Shown: positions 35,230 through 44,398 of the stretch, piece after piece | Layout: each line of letters begins with the position of its first letter | Position numbering within the stretch: position 1 is the first letter of the stretch | Origin: a virus | Taxonomy: Duplodnaviria; Heunggongvirae; Uroviricota; Caudoviricetes | Strand: one strand, 5' to 3' | Virus record (IMG/VR): IMGVR_UViG_3300027851_000011 | Length of the DNA stretch: 64,000 bases | Translations under genes and position numbers: made by a program | Notes under the pieces: model-generated | Databases searched by the model: none | Told to the model about the DNA's origin: nothing | Seen by the model: the letters and a program-made list of their open reading frames with translations, nothing else

Positions 35230-35559
35230 ATGGGCTACCGCTCACAGGTTGTCGTCGCCCTGAAGCCGGAGGTCGAAGTACCTCCGGCTATCCTCAAGCA
35301 CCTGCGCAGTCTCTTCAGCCACGCTGACGAAGGCCCAGACGGCAAGCTGTTCTTCGATAAGCACCTGAAGTGGTACATCGACGAGCCCGATTACTTCCCG
35401 GAGTGTCGTGCGATCCACGAGTACCTCCTGGATCTCGACGACGATCTGTACTACTTCGTTCGTGTCGGCGAGAACACTGCCGATGTCGACACGGCAGGTA
35501 GCTGGCACGAAGGCTTCGAAATCGACGTCTGCACACGCATCACGTTCAAAGGACAATAA
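35230..35559 (+). CDS. Hypothetical protein
   Basis: 109 aa ORF. Confidence 0.45.
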   Translation: MGYRSQVVVALKPEVEVPPAILKHLRSLFSHADEGPDGKLFFDKHLKWYIDEPDYFPECRAIHEYLLDLDDDLYYFVRVGENTADVDTAGSWHEGFEIDVCTRITFKGQ

Positions 35560-35730
35560 CCGTGCTCATCAGCGACTGGACAGCCATTACGCTGTCGCTC
35601 ACCACGCACTGGCGCATCGTCAGTCGTGGGTCTCAGATCATGTGGGTCACCCCACATCGCATCTGCGGCAGCTGGCTCGTCCAGTCGCCGACGCCCATCA
35701 TCCCCTGCTATGCCCACGAAGGAGACTGAC

Positions 35731-36129
35731 ATGCCGCCTATCGCAGAGACCGTCGACCGGCACAACAACCTCGTCACCGCAGTCGACGAGTTCCTGACCC
35801 AGATGACGGCGTACCTGCTGCTGCCGTCGCTTGGCTTCAAGCCAGACCCGAAGGACAGCCCACTCCGCAAGAAGGTCTACCAGGACATGATCGCGGCGTG
35901 CCACCATGCCAAGAGCTTCAAGCCGTACGACGACGCGCGTGTCCGTGGGCTCGATACCGAAGTCGAGACGCTGCGCACCTGGGGGAACAAGGACTGCACA
36001 GCCATGGCTGACAGCCAGGGCGGCCTCGACGCGTTCCACAAGAATCTGGAGATGCTGGCGCTCCAGTGCGAAGACGTCGATGACCTCTCGGTCGCCGATC
36101 CCGACGAGAACACGCCATGCTCCGGCTGA
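35731..36129 (+). CDS. Hypothetical protein
   Basis: In-frame ATG at 35731 with GGAGACTGAC upstream. Confidence 0.4.
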   Translation: MPPIAETVDRHNNLVTAVDEFLTQMTAYLLLPSLGFKPDPKDSPLRKKVYQDMIAACHHAKSFKPYDDARVRGLDTEVETLRTWGNKDCTAMADSQGGLDAFHKNLEMLALQCEDVDDLSVADPDENTPCSG

Positions 36130-36473
36130 ACATCGACCATCCCGTGGTCGAAACGCTCGTCGACACGCTGCTCACCATCAAGGTGACGGCTGACCGAGCG
36201 CCGAGCCACGTGCCATACGTGAAAGCCTTCTCGAAGAAGGCAGAAGAAGCCATCGCTGCCTATCGCGCCGAGCGCGACAAGGTCAATGGCGCCAAGGTCC
36301 GCACATCGAAGGAGTTGATCGACGGTCTCCAGAACCTCGTCAATGCCTTCGACACCGCTGCCCATCTCGTGAAGCTGGGCGGTTCCAACGAAGAGGCTGC
36401 GCTCTTCAAGCTCGATCAACAAACCCTCATCGGAATCATCCGAGAACTGAAGGTCCATCATGGGCTCGGATGA
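36117..36473 (+). CDS. Hypothetical protein
   Basis: 118 aa ORF. Confidence 0.4.
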   Translation: MLRLNIDHPVVETLVDTLLTIKVTADRAPSHVPYVKAFSKKAEEAIAAYRAERDKVNGAKVRTSKELIDGLQNLVNAFDTAAHLVKLGGSNEEAALFKLDQQTLIGIIRELKVHHGLG

Positions 36474-37233
36474 GGACGAGAAAGCGAAGAACGAACGACT
36501 TCTCCAGAAGCTGCGTGAGTATGGGACGAAGCATCCGATGCAGCGTCCTGCTGATCCTCTTCCGTATTTCAGTGAAAAGCTATATATCGAGTACATCGTT
36601 CCGAAGCTGAAGCAGTGGTTCACGGTCTATACACAGGTGAATGCCTTCCACTACTCTGGCCGTAGCTTGAGGTACGATCTGCTCGTCATTCCGACCGACG
36701 AGGCCGTCGGTCGTGTTTGCCAGTTTCCTTGGTTCGTCATCGAGACGAAGTTAGACATCTACAACAACAAATACAAGGAAATCAGCGAAGCATACATGCA
36801 GGCGTACGAGTACCGTAACACGGTTGTCAACGACACGCGATTCGTTGGCACTCCGCTTCATGGCGTTCGCCCACCAGCAGTCATGCTGTGCTCTGACATA
36901 ACGGGCAGGCTCTTCAAAGACGAAGGGCGCCGTGAGTGGGACTGGATCAGCCGGACATTCGGACGACGCGGTGTGTACTCGTTCTACGTCGACGACGCCA
37001 CAGCTATGGCTTTCACGCACCATGGTCACGTCTTCAACTACATGGGACAGCGACTCTGTAACATGAAGAATCATTCTGCCCTCCGCTTTAGCGGCGGGAT
37101 AGCTGACTGGTCCTCGTTCAAGTTACTTCTGACGTCAGACGGAGAATACCGAGAGATGACGGAAGAACTCATGACCATTGCTCGTGAAACGCAGAAACCA
37201 CCCGAAACCCCCGATGCCTGTCTAGGCAGTTAG
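36460..37233 (+). CDS. PD-(D/E)xK-like nuclease candidate in a low-GC stretch
   Basis: DLLVIPTDE...FVIETKL fits the D...ExK core. Codon usage is visibly AT-richer (aaa, tta, ata codons) than its neighbours. Confidence 0.45.
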   Translation: MGSDEDEKAKNERLLQKLREYGTKHPMQRPADPLPYFSEKLYIEYIVPKLKQWFTVYTQVNAFHYSGRSLRYDLLVIPTDEAVGRVCQFPWFVIETKLDIYNNKYKEISEAYMQAYEYRNTVVNDTRFVGTPLHGVRPPAVMLCSDITGRLFKDEGRREWDWISRTFGRRGVYSFYVDDATAMAFTHHGHVFNYMGQRLCNMKNHSALRFSGGIADWSSFKLLLTSDGEYREMTEELMTIARETQKPPETPDACLGS

Positions 37234-37243
37234 GAACATCACC

Positions 37244-37651
37244 ATGGCATTCCGTAAGTCCGGCCAGTACTACTGGTCAGATCCTGACGCCGGCAGCTGC
37301 TCTGCCGACGTCTTCGTCGTCAAGGAAGACGGCGAGAAGGTCACCGTCACCCACAAGCTGAAGAGCAAGTGCGCTGAAGGCGAATACACCGAGTTCGAGG
37401 TGCTCGCCAGCGAGCTATGTGCTATCAGCCAGTCCAACAAGCCGCGCTACGTGATCGCTGGCGTCAACCAGATCGACAGCGACACCGGCGAGCCGAAGTT
37501 CTGGTCGACGGAGCACGGCTGGACCAAGCTGGTCAAGGCCGACGCGCTGTCGATCCGCACCTACGACAACCTGAAGGCCGGTCGTGGCACCGTTGCTGGT
37601 GACTACGTCGTCCTCCAGCTGCCGGCTGACGTCGTCATCGCCCTCGCGTGA
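37244..37651 (+). CDS. Hypothetical protein
   Basis: 135 aa ORF with RBS GGAACATCACC upstream. Confidence 0.45.
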   Translation: MAFRKSGQYYWSDPDAGSCSADVFVVKEDGEKVTVTHKLKSKCAEGEYTEFEVLASELCAISQSNKPRYVIAGVNQIDSDTGEPKFWSTEHGWTKLVKADALSIRTYDNLKAGRGTVAGDYVVLQLPADVVIALA

Positions 37652-37815
37652 AGAAGCTCAAGCTGCTGAAGAAGAACGTCATCAAGCTCCCGCCGAAGGC
37701 ATTCAAGCAAGTCCTCAAGATCATCAACGATCCGAAGCCACCGAACGCGGCACTGAAGCGCGCAGCGCGGAAGTACCGTGACGAGGTGAAGGCCGGAAAG
37801 CTGAAAAGCACATGA
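37650..37815 (+). CDS. Small basic protein (about 54 aa)
   Basis: GTG start overlaps the upstream stop. Translates VKKLKLLKKNVIKLPPKAFKQVLKIIND... Confidence 0.25.
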
Positions 37816-38387
37816 ACATCATCCTCCGGGCCGCCAAGTTCGCTGAGATCGCCCACCATGGGCAGAAGCGGAAGGGCATGGACCTTCCGTACATCATCCA
37901 CCCTGGCCGCGTCGCTGCACGCATCTCGCGCCTCGACAACGCCACCGAAGAGATGGTCGCTGCCGCGTGGTGTCACGACATTCTCGAAGACACCACCGTC
38001 CCGGCCAACGACATCGGCAACAGCCTCAACTTCGGAACCATGCAGCTGGTTCTCGAACTGACGAACCCGTCGCACAAGCCCGAGAACAAGGCTCTGAATC
38101 GTGCTGCCCGCAAGCAGCTCGATCGAGAGCACCTGTCAAAGGTCAGCCTCGAAGCCAAGTGCATCAAGCTCGCGGACAGGGCTGATAACCTGCGCGAGAT
38201 GGGGCACTTCGCTGATTCATTCAAGCGTCTGTACGCGTCCGAGTCCCGGCTGCTGTACAACGCTCTCAGTGAGGACAACGGCATCACGTCGTCTGCCGTT
38301 TCGAGCCTCGCAACCATGCCGCTCTTTGACGAACTCGATGCTGCCATCCGGTGGCTCGAACAGACCATCGACCCCGAGCACTACTGA
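37812..38387 (+). CDS. HD-domain phosphohydrolase of the RelA/SpoT (Mesh1/SAH-like) type, putative (p)ppGpp hydrolase
   Basis: HHGQKRKGMDLPYIIHPGRVA...AAWCHDILEDT matches the SpoT hydrolase HxGQxR...PYxxHP...HDxxED pattern. Confidence 0.6.
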   Translation: MNIILRAAKFAEIAHHGQKRKGMDLPYIIHPGRVAARISRLDNATEEMVAAAWCHDILEDTTVPANDIGNSLNFGTMQLVLELTNPSHKPENKALNRAARKQLDREHLSKVSLEAKCIKLADRADNLREMGHFADSFKRLYASESRLLYNALSEDNGITSSAVSSLATMPLFDELDAAIRWLEQTIDPEHY

Positions 38388-38397
38388 AAGGCTCACC

Positions 38398-38700
38398 GTG
38401 AACATCTTCAAGTACATCATCCCCCACAAGAACCGCTCTGTCGTGCAGATGCCGGCCGGCGCCAAGATCACCCACGTGGCCCCGCAGGTCAACGCGGAGA
38501 CCGGCGAGACCCAGATCTGTGCCTGGGCGCTCGTGCCCGAGAACGTCGAGGGCGACTGCGCCGAGGTGAAGTTCCAGATCGTGGGCACCGGCGGCAAGGC
38601 GCCCGCTGGCTACACCTACGCTGGCATCCTGATCCTTCACAACACCACGATCATCCAGCACGTCTTCTTCGACAGCACCGCGCCCATCGTCAAGATCTGA
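38398..38700 (+). CDS. Hypothetical protein
   Basis: GTG start within ORF 38101..38700 after the upstream stop. Confidence 0.35.
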   Translation: MNIFKYIIPHKNRSVVQMPAGAKITHVAPQVNAETGETQICAWALVPENVEGDCAEVKFQIVGTGGKAPAGYTYAGILILHNTTIIQHVFFDSTAPIVKI

Positions 38701-38701
38701 C

Positions 38702-38917
38702 ATGGCCAAGCGGCGCTTCGTTGAGCTGACGCTGGCCGATCCCCGGCCAGTGGCAGCTCCTGGCCGCGCTGTGATGGTGGTCCGGCGTCACGTCCTGTAC
38801 GTGACGCCGGCTCTTCACCCACTGCGGCGAGACAAGGTGAGCACCATCGTGATGCGCGACAGCGTGAGCATCGACGTCGAAGGCAGTGCTATCGACGTAG
38901 CAAAGAGGCTGGAATGA
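38702..38917 (+). CDS. Hypothetical small protein
   Basis: 71 aa ORF. Confidence 0.35.
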   Translation: MAKRRFVELTLADPRPVAAPGRAVMVVRRHVLYVTPALHPLRRDKVSTIVMRDSVSIDVEGSAIDVAKRLE

Positions 38918-39777
38918 CAACTTCGACCACGACACGCAAGCTCTACTTCACGATCCATGGCGAGTGGCTGACGAACTTCTGCCGCTCCCGGTGGGCCGAT
39001 GAAGACGAGCCGTTCCACGCTGTGAAGGTGCTCACCTCGGCTTTCCCCGAGTTCAGCATGCAGCGCATCTTCCAGATCCTGACGGGTTCTCTGAAGCTCG
39101 CAGGCAAGTCGAGTGGCCCCGACTCCGACATGCACCTCGAAGATGACAACGTCACAGTGAGCGAGCATGGCAACTTGCTGTCGTTCTCTGACGTGATGTC
39201 CAAGACGCTGACGCGCATGATCGACAAAGCCGCCGAGAAGCGGCTGGCCGAGCCGCTGCGTCTGCTCAGCATTGCCATCGAAGAAGAGGACGAGAGACGG
39301 CGTGACCAGCGCGTGCGCATGGCCATCCAGTTCGCTGACCAGTCGGTGGCAGAACCCAAGCTCGATAGCTTCAGAATCGGCGGAGCCCTCGTTCCGCGTG
39401 AGATCCTGAAGGATCCGAACGCCATGTTCTTCATGCAGTACATGGGCGCTACGGCTGAAACCGTCAAACCAGAGCCAGGGCCACTGAAGGGCAACTGGTG
39501 CGGTTGGATCAAAAAGGACGGGGTCTTCTTCCCGTGCAAGTACTTCCAGCACGACGCACTCGCTGATGCGCTGGGGTACAAGAACGGTGACGAGATGCTC
39601 AAACAAGGATGGGTGAAAGTCCAGGAAGCAAACCAGGGCCTCATCAAGAAGCCTGCTGACCTCTATTGGCACACCAAGCCAACCCAGTCGCAGATCGACA
39701 CGATCTGGGATTGGTGCAAAGACAACAACCGTGAGTTCCCAAAGGACCAACTCGATGAGTACCAAGATCATCCCTGA
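38914..39777 (+). CDS. Hypothetical protein
   Basis: 287 aa ORF. Confidence 0.45.
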   Translation: MTTSTTTRKLYFTIHGEWLTNFCRSRWADEDEPFHAVKVLTSAFPEFSMQRIFQILTGSLKLAGKSSGPDSDMHLEDDNVTVSEHGNLLSFSDVMSKTLTRMIDKAAEKRLAEPLRLLSIAIEEEDERRRDQRVRMAIQFADQSVAEPKLDSFRIGGALVPREILKDPNAMFFMQYMGATAETVKPEPGPLKGNWCGWIKKDGVFFPCKYFQHDALADALGYKNGDEMLKQGWVKVQEANQGLIKKPADLYWHTKPTQSQIDTIWDWCKDNNREFPKDQLDEYQDHP

Positions 39778-40162
39778 AACCATCATCAAGCGCGGCTACG
39801 TCACCACTGACGAGTACGAGGCGATGAGTGCCAGCAAGAAGCTGGAGAAGGTGAACCTCGGCAAGCGAAAGGCCGGCTCCGACGAGCAAGAGGATGTCGA
39901 AGGCATCTGGGTCTACCCGCTCGAATCGACCGACACGCCTGGAACGAAGTTCCACTTCGTCCTCTTCAACGACCCGGTCTTCACGCGGGGCCCGCGTCCA
40001 CTCGCTGGCATGGTCGGCGTCGGCCACGCCACGGGCAGGGACTCGCGTGGCCGGGCCTACACCGACGAGTGCATCGAACTCTTCAAGAAGGCTGGTCAGG
40101 CGGCCATCGACTACCACAACTCGGTCGTCGCGGCCGAGAATGCCAAGAAAGAGAAGAACTGA
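39755..40162 (+). CDS. Hypothetical protein
   Basis: In-frame Met within ORF 39731..40162. Confidence 0.4.
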   Translation: MSTKIIPETIIKRGYVTTDEYEAMSASKKLEKVNLGKRKAGSDEQEDVEGIWVYPLESTDTPGTKFHFVLFNDPVFTRGPRPLAGMVGVGHATGRDSRGRAYTDECIELFKKAGQAAIDYHNSVVAAENAKKEKN

Positions 40163-41422
40163 ATGGTCGATGTCATGCCGGACAAGGTCGTCATCGTGTG
40201 CGTGAGCACTGAGGCGACCTCAACGTCTAAGAACAACAGCAACAAGTTCCATAAGTGGGAGAAGCAGGCCGACGGCCAGTTCCTCCACAGCTATGGACGC
40301 GTCGGTGACCCCGGCGTCACGCATCTCGTCAGCGAGAGCAAGGCACGCGCGAAGCTGAAGAGCGCGCTGAAGGACGGCTACAAGGAGGTGGCGATCGCTG
40401 GTGCAGAGCCAGCACAGCCGCAGACCAAGGGCGCTGCTACGGCGAAGACCGCCGTCGACGAGATCGCTAAAGGCGATCCGACCATCGCCAAGCTGGTTAC
40501 CTTCCTCAGCGAGCAGAACGTCCACAACATCTCGTCGGCTACTACGCTGAAGTACGACAAGGTGTCGGGCCTGTTCAGCACGCCGCTCGGCATCGTCAGC
40601 CAGGACTCGATCGACGAAGCACGCGAGCGTCTCGCGGAGATTCAGCATGTGCTGACAGCGCCGGGTATGGTAGTGGAAGCTGATGTCAACAAGCTGGCTG
40701 CTGCCTACATGATGCTCATCCCGACGGACATAGGCCGTGACCGGCCGACGTTCAATCGGATGTTTCCGAACCTCGACGCTGTGCAGAAGCAGAACGACAT
40801 CCTCGAATCCCTCGAAGGTTCGCTGGAGATGGCTGCCAAGCCAGTGAAGAGCAAGAAGGCACCGAAGGCACCTCGCGTGTGGGACATTGACATCAAGAAG
40901 ATGCTCGACACGACCGAGATCGAGCGCATCCGCACCAAGTTCAAGAAGACCTACGAGTACGGACGCCCCGACATGGATGTTCGCAACGTCTACGACGTGA
41001 CGATCAACCATATGAAGAAGGCGTTCGACAAGGAGGGCAAGAAGATCGGCAACGTCGAAGAGATGTGGCACGGCACCAGCGTCGGCAACGTCCTCTCCAT
41101 CTTCGCCAAGGGCCTCATCATCCCTGCCCACTGCTCGAACGGTCGCAACTTTGGCAACGGCGTCTATGCCAGCCGCCAGAGCCACAAGAGCATGAGCTAC
41201 GCCGGGCAGTTCCGCTCGTCGGTTCGTCGCAGCTGCTACATGTTCCTGGTCGAAGTCGCGATGGGCAAGGGCTTCATCCCGAAGTCCCGCGTCCAGAGCC
41301 CGCCTGCGGGCTACGATTCTGTCGACGTCGTCCCAGGCGCCGCCGGATTCAGCGCGCATGAAGCGATCGTCTACAAGACGAGCCAGACCAACGTGGTTCG
41401 TCTGATCGAGTTCGCTGCGTGA
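40163..41422 (+). CDS. PARP-family ADP-ribosyltransferase with N-terminal WGR domain
   Basis: WGR region KWEKQADGQFLHSYGRVGDPG. Catalytic H-Y-E elements MWHGTSVGNVLSIFAKGL, GNGVYASRQSHKSMSYA and YMFLVEVAMG. Confidence 0.7.
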   Translation: MVDVMPDKVVIVCVSTEATSTSKNNSNKFHKWEKQADGQFLHSYGRVGDPGVTHLVSESKARAKLKSALKDGYKEVAIAGAEPAQPQTKGAATAKTAVDEIAKGDPTIAKLVTFLSEQNVHNISSATTLKYDKVSGLFSTPLGIVSQDSIDEARERLAEIQHVLTAPGMVVEADVNKLAAAYMMLIPTDIGRDRPTFNRMFPNLDAVQKQNDILESLEGSLEMAAKPVKSKKAPKAPRVWDIDIKKMLDTTEIERIRTKFKKTYEYGRPDMDVRNVYDVTINHMKKAFDKEGKKIGNVEEMWHGTSVGNVLSIFAKGLIIPAHCSNGRNFGNGVYASRQSHKSMSYAGQFRSSVRRSCYMFLVEVAMGKGFIPKSRVQSPPAGYDSVDVVPGAAGFSAHEAIVYKTSQTNVVRLIEFAA

Positions 41423-41718
41423 GGAACAAGTTCCCAGGCCGCTGCCTCCGCTGCGATGCAGAGGTGGCAGCGGGCCAGGGGTTCTTCGAGAAGGTCGACG
41501 CGACCAACGAACACGCGGCGCTCCATGTAAAAATGAAGCGCCGCAAGTGGGCGATACGCTGCATCAACTGCGTTGGCAAAGGCCACTCGCATCACCCTGG
41601 AAAGGCACCAGATGCTCCTAGTCATCTATCAACACTCTGGCAGCAAGTACGTCAGCAAAGAGAATGCGACCCAGCAGGACCTCGCGAACTGGATTTCACG
41701 GAAGACGAAAGACGATGA
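41419..41718 (+). CDS. Small zinc-ribbon protein (C-terminal extent uncertain)
   Basis: CLRCDAE...CINCVGKG. The ORF overruns the likely start of the next gene. Confidence 0.35.
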   Translation: MRNKFPGRCLRCDAEVAAGQGFFEKVDATNEHAALHVKMKRRKWAIRCINCVGKGHSHHPGKAPDAPSHLSTLWQQVRQQRECDPAGPRELDFTEDERR

Positions 41719-41842
41719 TGACTGGGACATCGACTGGAACGGCCCGAACGAGTGCGAGATCACCCACCCCAACCTAGCGTCCGGCTTCAAGGCAAAACTT
41801 CGCCCTGACGACTGGCCGATCACGAACGGAGAACCAGCATGA
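41612..41842 (+). CDS. Hypothetical small protein
   Basis: MLLVIYQHSGSKYVSKENATQQDLANW... within ORF 41573..41842. Confidence 0.35.
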   Translation: MLLVIYQHSGSKYVSKENATQQDLANWISRKTKDDDDWDIDWNGPNECEITHPNLASGFKAKLRPDDWPITNGEPA

Positions 41843-43218
41843 GTACTTCATCACCAGCGTCAGACGCACCGCTACTGAACTCGGTGCTACAGAAACTGCT
41901 CGATTCGTCGGGCGACGCGAACCTCGATCTCGTGGCATCGACATTCGGGCTTCCCCGGATGTCCGAGATGCCGCGACCCGGACTCGTCAGGGCCTGGGAC
42001 TTCGACGAGTGGAAGGCATGGGCAGAACCGTACGGCCTCGTGGAACTGCCGAGAACAACGCACAGCTACGTGCTGTGCCACCCGAAGCTGAAGATGCTTC
42101 GCGTCGCCATGTCCTCGTCGACCGGCGATGTGAAGTCACGACTCAACCTCGGAAGTGACGTCAGGCAGGCATTCCGATTCGAATACTCACGTATCGCAAA
42201 CTACTGCTGCCACCTCGTCGACAGGTACATCCAGAGGCACGAGGATCGCACTGCGTTCAACAACGAGCAGGAGATCATGCTCGCACTCCGAGACGAGGTG
42301 CTGGAGACCCGTCACACCGACAAGTATTCGGAGCGGCCAGATGGCAAGGACGCTCGTGATCGTATCGAAGCCGTCGAAGACCTGATCGGAGCGCCGAAGG
42401 CCAAAGCCGCGTCGCTGAAGCGGCTGCTGATGAAGGCATCGGACGTCACAGGCCAGCCAGCACGAAGTGTCGTGAAACGGCTCGTGGCTCTGTCGATGTC
42501 TGACATCGACGCAGGCGATCCAGCGTCACGCGAGAAAGTCGCTGAGCGTGTCTACAAGGTCATCATCGACGAACTCGGTGTGCGGCACTCGTCGTGCGAG
42601 CTGTTCATGGATGCCCTGAAGGACATCATCGAGACCCACGAGGCCATCGAAGAAGAACAGAAGCGAGCCAAACTCGAAGCTCGTGAAGCTGCGCGTGCCG
42701 AGCGTCAGAAGGTCAGCAAGCAAGATGCGCAGGCTCTCGTCACTGACGATCCTGCTGCCTTCGCCAAGGCCATGGCTGACATCCGTGGATCGTTCCTGAA
42801 GCATACCGGGCCGCTGCTGACTACGATGAACGAGGCAATGACGCAAGTGCGAGCACTCGCCGAGCACTCGGCGAGCTTCCCGTCGCCGTCGTACCCAACA
42901 GCCAAGCTGGCTGAACTCGGGACTGCCAACGCCATGCTGTTCGAGAGGGCGTCGTCCCTCGAAGACCAGCTCGAAGACATGAAGACCGCCAAGGATGCGG
43001 TCGATGTCGAACTGAAGCGGCTGAAGGATGAGCACGCCATTGCAGAGCAAATGCTTGCCGAAGCCGGCACGCACTCTGACTGGCGAGGCGCATACGCCGA
43101 ACTTGTCACCACGCTGGACGCTGCTCTCGCGAGCAGTGACTTCCTCCAGCTGGCTGTCGGTGTGCAAACAGCACGGCAGGCCCTTGTCGCTGCCAAAGCA
43201 AAGATCGCGCAGTCATGA
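41839..43218 (+). CDS. Coiled-coil hypothetical protein (459 aa)
   Basis: Long ORF whose C-terminal half is helical and charged. Confidence 0.45.
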   Translation: MSTSSPASDAPLLNSVLQKLLDSSGDANLDLVASTFGLPRMSEMPRPGLVRAWDFDEWKAWAEPYGLVELPRTTHSYVLCHPKLKMLRVAMSSSTGDVKSRLNLGSDVRQAFRFEYSRIANYCCHLVDRYIQRHEDRTAFNNEQEIMLALRDEVLETRHTDKYSERPDGKDARDRIEAVEDLIGAPKAKAASLKRLLMKASDVTGQPARSVVKRLVALSMSDIDAGDPASREKVAERVYKVIIDELGVRHSSCELFMDALKDIIETHEAIEEEQKRAKLEAREAARAERQKVSKQDAQALVTDDPAAFAKAMADIRGSFLKHTGPLLTTMNEAMTQVRALAEHSASFPSPSYPTAKLAELGTANAMLFERASSLEDQLEDMKTAKDAVDVELKRLKDEHAIAEQMLAEAGTHSDWRGAYAELVTTLDAALASSDFLQLAVGVQTARQALVAAKAKIAQS

Positions 43219-43520
43219 GCTTCTACCGTGAGAAGCTGGTCCTCACGAAGAAACCGCACCGCTGCTTCGGCTGCTGGCGGAAGTTCCCGGAGAAGACCAA
43301 GCTGTGGTATGTGACGGGGATGGGGGAGGAAGGCTTCTGCGCCAACTACGAATGCCCCACATGTCACGAGATCTTCAAGACCATGGACCAAGACGAATGT
43401 GCGGAAACCTCACCCGGAGATCTTCTCGATCTCGCACTCAAGAAAGAAAACGAGCATGTCACTGCGCTGCCTGTTGGGCTTCCACAAGTTCCGAGTGCTG
43501 ACGAAGGAACACGGGTTTGA
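43215..43520 (+). CDS. Small zinc-ribbon protein
   Basis: CFGCWRK...CPTCHEI. Confidence 0.4.
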   Translation: MSFYREKLVLTKKPHRCFGCWRKFPEKTKLWYVTGMGEEGFCANYECPTCHEIFKTMDQDECAETSPGDLLDLALKKENEHVTALPVGLPQVPSADEGTRV

Positions 43521-43770
43521 TCTGAAGGTCGGAGGTCTCGACGACGAGATGGACCCGTCACAGTACTTACACATGGAGGGCTGCGACCGATGCGGGAAGT
43601 TGAACGCACGTGTTTCAGAACGGTACTGGACCGATCGCAACGAGACGCTCTTCATGCGAATGCCGACTCTCGACGAGGTCATTCAGGGCCTCGTCGAAGT
43701 CGATCACGACTTCTGGCTCGAACACATCAAAACCATCAAGGAACAATATGGAAACGCCAATGCTGAGTGA
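43456..43770 (+). CDS. Hypothetical protein
   Basis: In-frame Met (MSLRCLLGFHKF...) within ORF 43399..43770. Confidence 0.35.
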   Translation: MSLRCLLGFHKFRVLTKEHGFDLKVGGLDDEMDPSQYLHMEGCDRCGKLNARVSERYWTDRNETLFMRMPTLDEVIQGLVEVDHDFWLEHIKTIKEQYGNANAE

Positions 43771-44398
43771 ATCAAAGTGCTGCGAGCCGTCGAAGCCGAC
43801 CAAGTTCGGCCTCAGCAGCGATGAACGCAACCAGATGTACTGGGGACGAAACCCGGACATGGTCGCACCGACGCGTCAGGTCATCATCAACCGCGATGGT
43901 GTCACCATCGAGCTATGGGACGCTTCGTTTGTCCGTGCGACCGTACTGGTCGCTCGTGAAGGTGCGCTCGGCACCATCAACGCCGAGTACGATTCGAATC
44001 TCATGGGTGATGGGCTGCCGCGCTGCTACCTGCTTTGGCAGGCGCTCACCGGCGGCAAGGGCAGCTTCTGCTACATCAGTGATCTGTGGGTCGCCCGCGA
44101 GTTCCGTCGCAAGGGCCTCGGATCTTGGATGCTCAAGCAGATCCTGAGCGGTTCCCCGTTCCAGCGCATCTACCTCGCGTCGAACTCGCACGGTGCGATG
44201 AGCAACTACGAGCTGTACACGTTCTACGAGAAGCACGGCTTCCGCCGTGTCGACAGCGATGTTTCGCTCATGGAATATGTGCGTGGCAACGAACCGAAGA
44301 TCAAGCCCACTGGGCTGGCTGAGGTCGCGTGTCAGCTCGACTCGGTCATCAATGCGAAGAAACAGGATTCTGTGGGGATGGCATGCCGCGCACCATAG
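43760..44398 (+). CDS. GNAT-family N-acetyltransferase
   Basis: Motif A ISDLWVAREFRRKGLGSWMLKQIL with YEKHGF near the C-terminus. Confidence 0.55.
   Translation: MLSESKCCEPSKPTKFGLSSDERNQMYWGRNPDMVAPTRQVIINRDGVTIELWDASFVRATVLVAREGALGTINAEYDSNLMGDGLPRCYLLWQALTGGKGSFCYISDLWVAREFRRKGLGSWMLKQILSGSPFQRIYLASNSHGAMSNYELYTFYEKHGFRRVDSDVSLMEYVRGNEPKIKPTGLAEVACQLDSVINAKKQDSVGMACRAP

Noticed and set aside
15647-38387. Possible Z-genome (2-aminoadenine) cluster, because a family A DNA polymerase, a MazG-like protein and an HD hydrolase co-occur
   Set aside because: No PurZ-like adenylosuccinate-synthetase ORF (GDEGKGK P-loop) is present in the window. The HD protein carries the RelA/SpoT hydrolase signature rather than looking like a small dATPase. 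This cannot be excluded for the rest of the genome.
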